Source: Catajapyx aquilonaris
Taxonomy: Eukaryota
Direction of reading: 5' to 3'
Assembly: GCA_000934665.2 (NCBI GenBank)
Contig: KZ538449.1
Coordinates: forward strand, 49,599-69,598
DNA length: 20,000 bases
Shown: one piece after another, positions 1 through 9,762 of the stretch
Layout: each line of letters starts with the position of its first letter
How positions within the stretch are numbered: the stretch's first letter is position 1
The notes under the pieces: generated by a model
The model's input: the letters and a program-made list of their open reading frames with translations, nothing else
What the model was told of the DNA's origin: nothing
Databases searched by the model: none
Position numbers and translations under genes: made by a program

Positions 1-303
1 GCATCCCATAAATTTTTTTATCATTTTTGTTGTGTTTTGGGGACTATTATGAACTACTAAAAATAAACAAAAAACAAAATTTTAACAAGAAATCTTGCAG
101 GCATATCTGGGTTAAAGGCAATTATGATACCTGATCTCAGTAACAAGGGGTAGTACAGAGCAAGTTGTACCTCTATGCAAAATAATCCTCTGGTTTACAG
201 GAATAAAACCTTGTAGGCTTTCTGGTATCACTACAAACACCCTGTAGCTTGCACCTCCTGTTTCATGTCATGTAAATAATAAAATGGATTAGTGACTTAG
301 TAC

Positions 304-502
304 CTGAATTCTGAAGTATTGCAATCCCTGCTTTGATTGATCTGTGACGAGACGTGCCTCCAGCAACTGCTTTTGTCTTTCGATATTGATACTCTTGAAT
401 TATTGATTCCATCTTGACGATGTTGTCTGTTGCAACTACAACTTGCTTCACCCATGGCAATTGTTCAAATGCTTCAATGGAATAACAAACCAATGGCTTA
501 CC
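304..502 (-). CDS. ISPD: ISPD/CRPPA (D-ribitol-5-phosphate cytidylyltransferase) internal coding exon; gene continues beyond the left edge
   Basis: Acceptor ttgtttccacAG (AG at 504-503), donor GTact at 303-302. Translates GKPLVCYSIEAFEQLPWVKQVVVATDNIVKMESIIQEYQYRKTKAVAGGTSRHRSIKAGIAILQNS, matching animal ISPD (W.K..VVA, SIIQ.YQ, RHRSI). Phase-0 junction with the upstream exon. Confidence 0.9.
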
Positions 503-783
503 CTGTGGAAACAAAAACAGTGATGGTGATAAGTAACATGTATATTTGTCACTCTTGCCAAGCTGCTTGACAACAGCTCATGATTAGAATAAATAAGTTT
601 TTACATGATATGGCACCTAGTTAAAAACACTGTGTCCCACCAATCTGTCTTGAAATTGATCATATGTAGGGTACAGAAATTTGTGCCAAAAGATTGCTAA
701 CCCCTAAGGTCATTTCAGTTGGGACACCCTGCATTGTGCTGTTGTACTATCACTGTCATTGAGCTGGCTTACTGGTCAAGTAC

Positions 784-896
784 CTGTACAAGATGATATT
801 GCTTGGGTAGTATATCTCCCACTCTCTCTCCTGTACCAGCTGCTGGAAGGATCACACTCACACGGAAATTGATAGTTGCCATGTTATAAGGCGTAT
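784..896 (-). CDS. ISPD: ISPD/CRPPA exon with the nucleotidyltransferase signature (ATG at 882; 883-896 is 5'UTR or an in-frame N-terminal extension)
   Basis: Not in the ORF track. 882-784 reads MATINFRVSVILPAAGTGERVGDILPKQYHLVQ (IspD/TarI motif LPA.G.G.R.G...PKQ). Acceptor tttttttcAG at 898-897, donor GTactt at 783-782; 33 codons, joins 502 in frame. Confidence 0.9.
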
Positions 897-1235
897 CTGA
901 AAAAAATTACCCATTTAAAAAGGTACAATCAGAAAACACAGGTAATCCGAAAATGGTCTTAGATACCATAAAAATGACCTATTCAGAAGTTTTAAATGAA
1001 CTATTGCACATCCTGTATGATGTTTTACATAAGGTTCAATCAAAATAATAAAATTTACCATAGATTTTTAATTCGTCCTCTGGAAAAAGTCTGCTATATT
1101 TCTTTATTTGCGAGACGTACTGACATTCTTTTGCACTCTTCTTTCTAACCTTTTTTGGACAATGCACAGATAATCAGCACCTGGATAATCAGGAGTAGTG
1201 TATTGGCAATAGGCCCGAACCTATCAGTGCCATAT

Positions 1236-2130
1236 CCTCCTGAGACCCGAGAAGAATTGAGTAACGCAATATCAGTTCCTATTGCATTTTCTGAACATTT
1301 TCCCAATAAGAAACGAGAAAAAAAATTTAGTTTTAAAATATCGACAAAAATGGCGACAAACAACCAATGAGAACATTAGAACCCAATTGGTGCTACAAAA
1401 GCAGAACGGATTAAAGCTGAAAATTGAAATACCACTTAATGGATCACTCACATAGTGCTCTATCCTCCAAACAATGTTTTTAAAATTTATTTGTGGTATT
1501 CGTGGTAGCAATTCCTCTCAGAAGACAATTAAAGATAAATGAAATCATTTTTTAACGCCACCACTCCAGGGATGGGGCTTGCTCCTTCCCTTCTTACCCG
1601 CTAAAGTGGTACCTTCCTATTCTAGATTTCAAAACTGAACTGCACAGTGCAAAGCCCACTTCCTTATGGGTGTATAGGTACAGGCACGTAAAGAAAAGTC
1701 ACACCCATTCAGCTAAAAATGCCATTTTTCGGATGTCCATTTAAATGGGCATTTGGTCTCAGGAAGAAAAGAAAATAATCAGTTCTCTACAGCAACAAAG
1801 ATTGTCACAGAATCATCTTTTCGCAGTTCCTAAGACACATTCCTTGTGAATCCCAGGACATTCACTGCATTGCGAAAATCGCATTCTAAATATGAGTAAA
1901 AAAATAAAACCGATCAGATGAGCGCCTAGCTTCAGCAGCGGAATCCGCCATTTTGTCCGCGATTTAATTTTCGCGGCCCAAGCCAGATATTCGACGCTAG
2001 GTGGCTACAGCTATTGAGGCCAGATTGTAACCATGGGATACCAGCCTATTACAGTTCTGTTGGCATCACTGGTTGGCGCCAAAAAATCTTTTGCTGATGT
2101 CCATTTAAATGGACATTTGGTCTCAGGAGG
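1236..2130. mobile_element. Non-autonomous DNA transposon (piggyBac-like CC...GG termini, ATAT flanks) in ISPD intron
   Basis: Perfect 12-bp TIRs CCTCCTGAGACC (1236-1247) / GGTCTCAGGAGG (2119-2130), flanked by ATAT at 1232-1235 and 2131-2134; internal near-copy of the right end at 1732-1766. Confidence 0.65.
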
Positions 2131-2414
2131 ATATGAGTCCACGACTACCGTTCTCAAACAGAATCCCAAATGGTCCGTATATAAATTAGTTATTTCAGTT
2201 TTCTTCTTTTCATTTGATCCACAGTTGTGTGTCGTCAGGCCAACAGTACTGCTGTCCCAAGGAAAAATCCCTATCTGCAAAATCAGTAAGGAGGATGGGT
2301 CCAGAGCCTGAGTGAGACTTTCGTACTTACTAGTTTTGAAGGTAGGACTTTTTGCCTTGGGTCCGCATAGTGTACCCACTAACGCAAAAAAAGCAAAAAA
2401 TAGAGTGGGGAGAA

Positions 2415-2753
2415 ATGTCAAGGGACCAATGAGTAATGTGAGGTAGAAAACCAGATACACTGGCCTGCCTCTAGACACATACAGCAAAACAAACTACATC
2501 TTTTGGTAGGGAGATCACCTGCCAGATCCTCCTCACCTTACAGTGGTTGCCTAGGGAGCAGGAAATGGGCATTATATTAATCATTAGGCTGCTATGGGAT
2601 TTTGCAAAGTTTTTATCGTGTTCATATCCTGCTCCCTAGGCAAAGACTGTAGTTGAGTCCATCTGCCAGGAAACGTAAATCTCCCCCACATGTGTCTAGG
2701 GGTGGTCCAATGTGTCTGGTCATCTACATCATTACTGGTTGGTCATTGGACAT
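2415..2753. repeat. Degenerate fold-back element (old MITE-like inverted repeat)
   Basis: Perfect 17-bp IR TTGCCTAGGGAGCAGGA (2547-2563) / TCCTGCTCCCTAGGCAA (2627-2643); patchy complementarity continues outward (ctagacacat/atgtgtctag; accaatgagtaatg/cattactggttggt). Confidence 0.7.
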
Positions 2754-2871
2754 CCCCCCCCCCCCCCCNCACTCACACACACACACTTTTTTTACTAGTT
2801 TTGGGCCAATGAGTATGCTGCTGGCCAGATGACAAACGTTAAAAGGAATACTGACTACTCGTATACAAGGT

Positions 2872-3077
2872 ATCTCAAAGTACCGTGTTGCATAGTGTTA
2901 TATTTAAATTTAATATTGAGAGTTTGTCGTCTGAGATGGGCAGGGGTGGGGGGCGGGACGGGTTGTTTATAGGTTATTTTTTACAAGTTTTAATTTAGTT
3001 CATATTTTGGGTTAGCTTGTGGCTCTCGTCATCGCTGACTACCCCTTATAGGGAAATGTCGTGGTGATGATGATGAT
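2872..3077 (+). mobile_element. 5'-truncated non-LTR retroposon (LINE 3'UTR-like) with (TGA)n tail, copy 1
   Basis: 11-bp TSD GTATACAAGGT at 2861-2871 and 3078-3088; ends ...gggaaatgtcgtggtgatgatgatgat; 2960-3077 is homologous to the reverse complement of 8338-8467. Confidence 0.8.
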
Positions 3078-3157
3078 GTATACAAGGTCCATGCAGATGA
3101 AAGCAAGTCAGTTCACCATATGTGGACATGGATGAATAAGTCAAGGAACAAAGGATA

Positions 3158-3371
3158 CAGGGTGTTCCAAGTATTTGGATCACTTCTTGATAACTGATAT
3201 CACCCGCAGTTATTTTTTTGTAGCCTTTGCCCCTAACCATGTTCCCCATTCTATAACTACCATACTATACTATAGAATGGGGCACATGGTTAGGGGCACA
3301 ACAAGCTACAAAAAATAACTGCTATCAGGTGATATCAGTTATCAAGTGACCCAAATACTTGGAACACCCTG
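3158..3371. mobile_element. Tc1/mariner-type MITE, almost entirely hairpin (~100-bp arms)
   Basis: TA|CAGGGTGTTCCAAGTATTTGG ... CCAAATACTTGGAACACCCTG|TA; arms complementary to a short central loop. Confidence 0.9.
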
Positions 3372-4144
3372 TATTCTGAAAATCAGGGCAAGTCTCATCT
3401 ACCAGCAAACCAAGAAGCCAAGAATGAGGCCCCCTCCCCCTCCCAAATGACACAAATGTTCAGTGAATGTCCGATAAACATCACTGCCATTGGCTTCTAA
3501 ATTTTCACTGAATGTCCCTGTACATTCACCAAATATCGGTGTTGCTGTGGCTAGTAAGTACAAATTTCATTTTACATGTGGCCAACTCTTGACCACTGTG
3601 GTAGTGAACATAATGTTTACTAGTTCATAAACAAAAAATTGCACTCACTTCCTTGAAATCAAATACAGCATGAACAGGCCTTTGCAGGCAAGGTGGTCAC
3701 TCAAAAATATATGATGTAAAAGTAACAGCCAAATTGGCAGGGTGAGGTAATTAAATACCCACCCCCATTGTATATCACAAAATCTGTGATGCTTGCATGA
3801 ATCTTTCAGCACCTTTTGTTTTGATGTGAAGGGCCACTTCAATCTCTCCCTGTGATTTTTTCTGCATTACTTCTTCCTCAATGTGAACACAGGTTCAGCT
3901 AATGTTGATGTACATCTTTGTCTGCAATACATTTTTTAATGCACTTATTAGTATACATTCTTTAAAGACAAAAAATGGATGACAAGTTTTTGCCAAAATT
4001 ACCTTCATGAGAGCAAAAGGTTTTATGGTCACATGAGCCGTAACAATATTGATCAGTGATCTAATTCTCATGTTAATACTTCTTGAAAATATGTGAGGCA
4101 ACTAGGCAATAACTCATGTATCTCTCTACATTTATCAGGCTTTA

Positions 4145-4574
4145 GGCTGGGTTCACACTAGGCGTTTTTGTCGCGCGACAAAAACGCCGCGACAAGTCGC
4201 TCAAAACAGAACACATGCAAACTTATGGGGCATGACACACCACGACTTCTTTCCTGCTTGGTCGTCGCAAAACGCAGCATGCTGCGTTTTTGCTGCCGCT
4301 ACAAAAACGCCGCGACAAAGTCGCTGAACACTGAACACATGGTAATCAGTTGGGGCAGACACACCTGGCGACAAAGTCGCGTGAAAAGTGTTTAATTTTG
4401 ACTATTGTGGAACGGTAGTTGCTAAGGATCAGGTTGGCAACGCTGCTCGGGTTGCATCAGTAGGGGAAGCAAAACGCGCGACAAAAACGCCTAGTGTGAA
4501 CCTCGTGAGGCGTCAGCGACGAAAACGCGGCAACAAAGTCGCAGGCGACAAAAACGCCTAGTGTGAACCCAGCC
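4145..4574. mobile_element. PIF/Harbinger-type MITE
   Basis: TTA TSD (4142-4144, 4575-4577); TIRs GGCTGGGTTCACACTAGGCGTTTTTGTCGC / GCGACAAAAACGCCTAGTGTGAACCCAGCC; subterminal GCGACAAA repeats; extra internal right end at ~4478-4502. Confidence 0.9.
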
Positions 4575-4749
4575 TTACACATATGCAGTATTGTTGATAC
4601 AATGTCCTTCCCCAGTTCCAAAATTTTGTCAGGGAAAAATAATGACAGTACCATAGCGATAATAGCTGTCAAGTTGAAACCATGTTGGACCCAGCTTGTT
4701 TGACATTCTCCCATTGAAATTTTTGCTTGACTGGGGAAAGATGTAAGTA

Positions 4750-4889
4750 TCAACGGTTCAAAAAGAATTGTTCCTCGCGTCGAGCAGGCAGCCACGTGTC
4801 AGGATGAAAGCAACCAGTTAACTGGTTCCTTTCATCCTGACGCGTGGCTGCCCGCTCGACGCGAGGGACAATTCTTTTTGGACTGATGA
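4750..4889. mobile_element. Loopless ~140-bp palindromic element (TA-flanked MITE-like)
   Basis: Dyad centre GTT|AAC at 4819/4820; arms complementary out to GTATCA (4747) / TGATAC (4892) with few mismatches; TA at 4748-4749 and 4890-4891. Confidence 0.75.
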
Positions 4890-6741
4890 TACAATGGTGT
4901 ATAATATTGATTACATCAATGGTTTCCATAGAAATATTGTGCCAAGTGGTGCACTTATGCTTCTCCATATGACAAATGGATAATTTGAATTCACTCTCTT
5001 CTGATTCCTCCACCCTCTAATGCACAAGAGCAGTGAACAATTACTGTATACAGAGGATCTAGATAATTATTCAGTGGCCCTGTCCATTTGACTGCTCCAA
5101 ACTAGTTACAGATTAGTTTTTTGGATTCCTACTAGCATTGTGCTGGGGACAGGGGCAACAGGGGTTCGAAGGTCTAGTCCATCTAGAACTAGTTTGGGGC
5201 ATATTGGCAGACAGAGCCTGTAAAACATGCATTGAAATAACTGGAATAATTTCATATGACTGTAACTTTAAAATGTGCTGTTCATTAGAAAAACCTAATC
5301 ACTTCTAACATGGTACAATTTACTGTCAGATTGTTGCAATACTTAGAAAACTTGCAGATAATGAAAAAGTGCCACTCTTGCAGGAAATGTCAAGCCGTGT
5401 CTTGCACCCATGCAAATTAGACCTTTGGCGATCTTTTGATAATAGGCCTACCCATGAACCACAGAAGAAAGTGCTATGAATTTAACTGGCAAAAAAACCC
5501 TTGGGAGTTTTGTCATTGTGAGATTACAGAAACATTTCATTATTATTAATGTTTCAGTGTTAAAGGATGCAATGCAGTGCCATGTTTCCCAAATAGGTTT
5601 CAAAAATTAGTTTGTAACAGCTGCGACACTTCCATATGCAGTGCCCAAGTGGTGAAACAATCACCCTGTTTCAAACTAATATGTAGTCACATTGATTAAA
5701 AGAACACTAGCATGTCTGCAATTCAGATCTTTATATGGGGCCTTCAGAAAGTAATGTTACAAATTACACTGAAACTTTGCATCTAAGAGTTGGTTGAATG
5801 AATGCAAATATACCTGCCCCTAGACACAGATTTTCATGACAGGACCAGTGGACAGAGCAGTTTGTGCAAGGGCTACTTAGGTGCCGGATATCAGTGTGAT
5901 ACTATAATGAAAGCTCCTATTATGGAAAAATGTTGTGGTCTTGGGTGCGAGATAGGATTTTGCTTTAATTTTTCTCCGATTTTTCACAAACTGAGCGAAC
6001 TATGATTGGGGTTAGAAGTACATCAGACATGAGAGTGAAAAAGGGGTGAGATTTATGGGCAGAAATAAATTTTGAACAGTTACAATCTTACAAAATTAAT
6101 AAATCACAGCAAGTTTTAGAATGTGATAACAAATAGTGCCCACAGTATCAAACTGACCCCAGGTGAGCAGTACAAGATTCAAGATGAAATTTTCCAGTTT
6201 GTTGGATTAGGTACTGTGGCCTCCTATACATAATCGGGGATTTTTTCCTAATTTGTTTTCACACAACCAGCCCTAAATAATAGACCAAAAGTGGCTACTT
6301 GGTAATTCTAAACAGTAGAATCGCTTATAATTATTTTCTGCTACTACTTTGTTGATACTTGTTGACAGGTTGTTATCAAACTTCAACACGTCCAGAGGAA
6401 AATGCCAATTAAGCATGGGTCATTTTACACAGCAACAATTTTAATATATTTAAAAACCATGTTCTCAGATGACGCGATCTCACATCGCTGTACATTGTCA
6501 AAATGAATCTTTGTGGACAAGCTGCATTTCGAATATCACTGTCTTTCAAAAGCCAAGTTCGTGAAAACACATTTGAAATTCGTGCGTCAACTTCATAAGA
6601 AATGAAAAAAATAAAAATAAAAAACACCAAAGAACTAGTATCAGCACTGACAGCTTATAAGCCTGACACATTTTTAAAGACGCATAATTCACACAAATAA
6701 ACACAAGATTAATGAAGGGTGAATAAATGTGATTCGTTTAC

Positions 6742-6870
6742 CCATTGCGAACCTCAAGGACCCCCTTTTTTGCGAGTTTACTTCTTCAGAAGAATCCCAG
6801 ATATTTTTTCAGCACTCCAATATCGAGGAAAAGCGGCCATCTTTTTCCATGCGCAAGACACCATCCATCG
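6742..6870 (-). other. ISPD: Probable first exon of ISPD (5' boundary uncertain)
   Basis: Donor ...gcaATGG|GTaaac (GT at 6741-6740); ATG (6745-6743)+G spliced to 896 gives in-frame MDTPYN-MATINF; AAGATGGCCGC YY1-like motif; adjacent to the SFR1 start. Inferred, no transcript data. Confidence 0.5.
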
Positions 6871-7191
6871 ATCGTTATTATCCAAACCGGTGTAAATTTA
6901 ATCATTTAAACACATTCCCACCGCTAACAGACACATTTAAAAGCGGAATTGTCATCATCAATTATTTACAATAAAAGTGACAGTGTATTCCACGACCAAG
7001 GATTGTATAGATCGGTGCTCTACCGGGCAAATGTGCAAACACTCCATTCACTAGATCTCTGTTCCATCATGCCGGTACGCCCTCTGTGTGTAGATGCATG
7101 GGTTGCATATGAATTCTTAGAGGCCAACGCGGGAGAATGTAACGTTTCTTGAAGGTCTACCTGGTTCTACAACGAGTTCTACTGCTGTAAA
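6871..7191. promoter_or_regulatory. Probable bidirectional promoter ISPD/SFR1
   Basis: Short, CpG-containing interval without a recognisable TE between divergent first exons; YY1-like AAAATGGCG overlaps the SFR1 ATG and AAGATGGCCG lies on the ISPD side. Confidence 0.5.
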
Positions 7192-7250
7192 ATGGCGACA
7201 GGGAACTCGAGGAAGAGGCGCTTTTCTGTAGTGGAGTCCGATGAGTCACG
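7192..7250 (+). CDS. SFR1: SFR1/MEI5-like exon 1
   Basis: aaaATGGcg start context; MATGNSRKRRFSVVESDES(R); donor GTaggc at 7251; 69-nt phase-2 intron joins 7320 in frame (CG|G). Confidence 0.75.
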
Positions 7251-7319
7251 GTAGGCATGTTCGCATGGTAGTAGTTGCATTGAGGCAGTAATTTTGCACC
7301 CTTATGCTGAAACCTCCAG

Positions 7320-7596
7320 GAGTGTTCCTGCAGCCGAGTTGACGCAGCCAGCCACTAGCAAAGGCGGTGGGACGAAGAGGAGTGCTAGTCCGTCATTTGA
7401 TCAGGCACAGCCAGGCACTAGCAAAGGCGGCGGGATGAAGAGGAGTGCTAGTCCGTCATTTGATCAGCCACAGCCAAAAGTGGAGCAGAAGAGGGAGGGC
7501 ATGTCAGAGGTAGTGCTTGAACACATACGGAAGAGAGTCACTGAAAAGGAGGAGAGACTTAGTACCCTCCGTTCAGCCAAATCACGTCGCTCTGAG
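7320..7596 (+). CDS. SFR1: SFR1/MEI5-like exon 2
   Basis: Acceptor acctccAG (7318-7319), donor GAG|GTactt (7597). Ends IRKRVTEKEERLSTLRSAKSRRSE, resembling the SFR1 coiled coil (V.EKE..L..L...K..RS). Confidence 0.8.
7345..7476 (+). repeat. Coding tandem duplication, 63-bp unit (21 aa) x2.1
   Basis: 7345-7407 vs 7408-7470 match at 59/63 nt; QP[A/G]TSKGGG[T/M]KRSASPSFDQ[A/P]. Confidence 0.95.
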
Positions 7597-7631
7597 GTAC
7601 TTTTGTGAGACAATATCCTGAGGGTGTAGAA

Positions 7632-8109
7632 CAGGGGTATTCAACTAGTTTCTGTCAAGGTCCAGTATTTACCTTTCCTGGGCCATTGAAGGTCTGGACC
7701 CCCCCCCCCCCNCCCCCCCCCCCAGGGGGGGGGGGGAATATATAGATTTTATATGGTACCACAGAGTTCATATTCGAAAACATAAACATGTGCAGCAAGG
7801 GGAGAAGGGCCTATCAAGACAGGGCATATTAAGACAATTTCGCCCTTTATGATGTCCTGTAAAGGCGCGTAGGCAGAAGAATTTCGGAGGGGGGCCCATT
7901 TCGTAAGCAAAAGGTGAACAAGCCGTAAAGGGCGGGGGTGAGGTGAGGAGCTTAGGTGAGATTTGATGAAATTGGTAGCACTTTTTCCAAAAAATCATGA
8001 ATTAGTAATTAATCATGCTATTTCAAACTGTCCTGTATATTGTCGCGGTCCGGACAAAATTGCGTCGCGGTCCGGATCCGGACCGCGGTCCGCCAGTTGA
8101 ATATCCCTG
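7632..8109. mobile_element. hAT (Charlie-like) MITE
   Basis: 8-bp TSD GTGTAGAA (7624-7631, 8110-8117); TIRs CAGGGGTATTCAACT / AGTTGAATATCCCTG; CGCGGTCCG subterminal repeats. Confidence 0.9.
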
Positions 8110-8337
8110 GTGTAGAACTTATGTGTGGGCCTAACTCTAATGCATCCGGTAGTTACTGCCTGTGTGTACAGTGGGACTTGCTCCATGCTCGTGTAGAACT
8201 GAACAAGTGCAGTTGTCAGCTGGTATTGAAGGGTATAAACTATTCTCTGCAGTCTTACCTTCTCCAATGCATATCATGAGATGCTACATGGGCCTTGGTT
8301 GGACACAGCCATTATTTTTCAAGTTTGGTGAATATGT

Positions 8338-8576
8338 CATCAACATATCATCACCATCACGACATTTCCCTATAAAGGGCAGCCAGTGATGACGGGAGCC
8401 ACAAGCCAACCCAAAAATATGAACGACATTAAAACTTGTAAAAATAAACCTATAAACAACCCCCCCCNNNNNNNNNNNNNNNNNNNNNNNNNNNNNNNNN
8501 NNNNNNNNNNNNNNNNNNNNNNNNNNNNNNNNNTCCCCCCCCCCCCCCCCCCGGAAGCGGAATCAGCAATTATATA
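8338..8576 (-). mobile_element. 5'-truncated non-LTR retroposon with (TGA)n tail, copy 2 (spans N gap 8468-8533)
   Basis: 11-bp TSD GGTGAATATGT (8327-8337, 8577-8587); homologous to 2960-3077. Confidence 0.8.
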
Positions 8577-8749
8577 GGTGAATATGTAACTAGTAGTTTT
8601 AGCAATAACGTTTGCGATGGAGTAGGGAGACCATGCCTTCCCAACAGAAGGTAGTGAGTTGGTGGGTAAGGTTGAATACCTCCTCATGCAGAGTCCCAGA
8701 TGGTGGAGTTGGGTGGGGTTACCATAAAACATAACTCATGAATGGAATA

Positions 8750-8756
8750 AGTAGTA

Positions 8757-8808
<52 letters not shown>

Positions 8809-8852
8809 TGTTTTATTTCCCAGTGGGCCGGTGGCCCTTGGGTACTCCAATT
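8750..8852 (-). repeat. (TAG)n microsatellite forming the (CTA)n tail of a short retroposon 3' end
   Basis: (TAG)n at ~8750-8807; the minus strand reads CCCAAGGGCCACCGGCCCACTGGG-AAATAAAACAA(CTA)n, i.e. stem-loop, AATAAA, tandem tail. Confidence 0.65.
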
Positions 8853-9026
8853 CATACAATTTTTAGTACTTAAGTTTAGGTGTACAGGGTGTTTCAGAGT
8901 CATGGGTCAAGCGCACGCGAGGGGGTGGGGAAAAATCGGGAAAAAACAAAAAGCATACATAATACAGCACAGTTTTTGATTATGAGAAAAGGTAGGTTTA
9001 TTGGCAGAGAAAAAAAATCTGTTATA

Positions 9027-9592
9027 CAGGGTTTCTGAGTTCGTGGGTTGTTCTTAGTTATCACTGATATTGCCTGAAGTAGTGTTATTTATGTGTAGAA
9101 CTCTTGTTGTTCCCTGATCCAGGTGCCTTAGTACTATCAGGTGATTCAATGTAGAAGTTGTTGTAGAATAGGGCACCTGGATAGGGAACAACAATCTACA
9201 AAAAAATAACAGCTTCAAGCAAAATTTTCTATAACTATAGGCAGTGGCTCCCCAAGAATGCATGTCTGGCACCTCCCACATTTCAAATTTCCACAAACGA
9301 CTCTAGATTGCCAGATGGCATAATTGACGTTTTTGAAAGAATGCGGTTAGTTTATAGAACAATTACATACAGGAGTGCATCATATCTTAATATCACCATA
9401 TGATAAGCACACAAGCACCTGAATAATATTTCCTTTGCCAGTGGAATATTTTTAGTGAGATAATATTCCCTTCACTTGGTACCCTCACTTTCTCCTTGGA
9501 GCATGCGTGGAAATTTGAAAAGTGGAGGTGCCAGACATGCATTCTCAGGGAACTGCTGTCTATAAAAGATACCATGAACTGGGAACACCCTG
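9027..9592. mobile_element. Degenerate Tc1/mariner MITE related to 3158-3371, with internal inverted repeats
   Basis: TA|CAGGGTTTCTGAGTTCGTGG ... CCATGAACTGGGAACACCCTG|TA; 9165-9212 resembles 3272-3322; internal IR ~9250-9300 / 9497-9551; another TACAGGGTG end at 8883. Confidence 0.65.
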
Positions 9593-9762
9593 TATTTTTT
9601 TGTTTTAAAGGCGACATCCTGGCCTTGGCTGCTAAGTCTCTCCACTTCTTTAGTTAACCTCAAAATGTCCATAGGTGTTGAAGTAGGATGCTGTTCTATA
9701 TGAGCGGGATGTTTGGATGTGCAGAGGAGATGGATATTCTTAGGGATTTTGGTTCTACTGTA

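Noticed and set aside
121..262. Next ISPD exon (expected HDAVRP motif)
   Set aside because: Motif not seen in the stretch read; the exon is presumably left of the window.
1059..1340. Alternative ISPD first exon (donor GT at 1058-1057; YY1-like motif near 1347)
   Set aside because: Lies partly inside a TIR element and its terminal ATG is out of frame; the 6742 exon fits better, though this one is not excluded.
2011..2487. 158-aa ORF (-) and most other ORF-track entries
   Set aside because: No recognisable domains or splice support; they straddle TE boundaries or gaps.
5730..6250. Possible decayed mariner; also faint ends at ~620-732, 3401-3550, 6313, 11200 and a decayed SINE at ~15500-15660
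   Set aside because: Too degenerate to delimit or classify by eye.
8577..8732. ORF 8370-8732 (-) as a LINE ORF2 C-terminus
   Set aside because: The TSD shows the retroposon ends at 8576; the ORF crosses an N gap and has no convincing motif.
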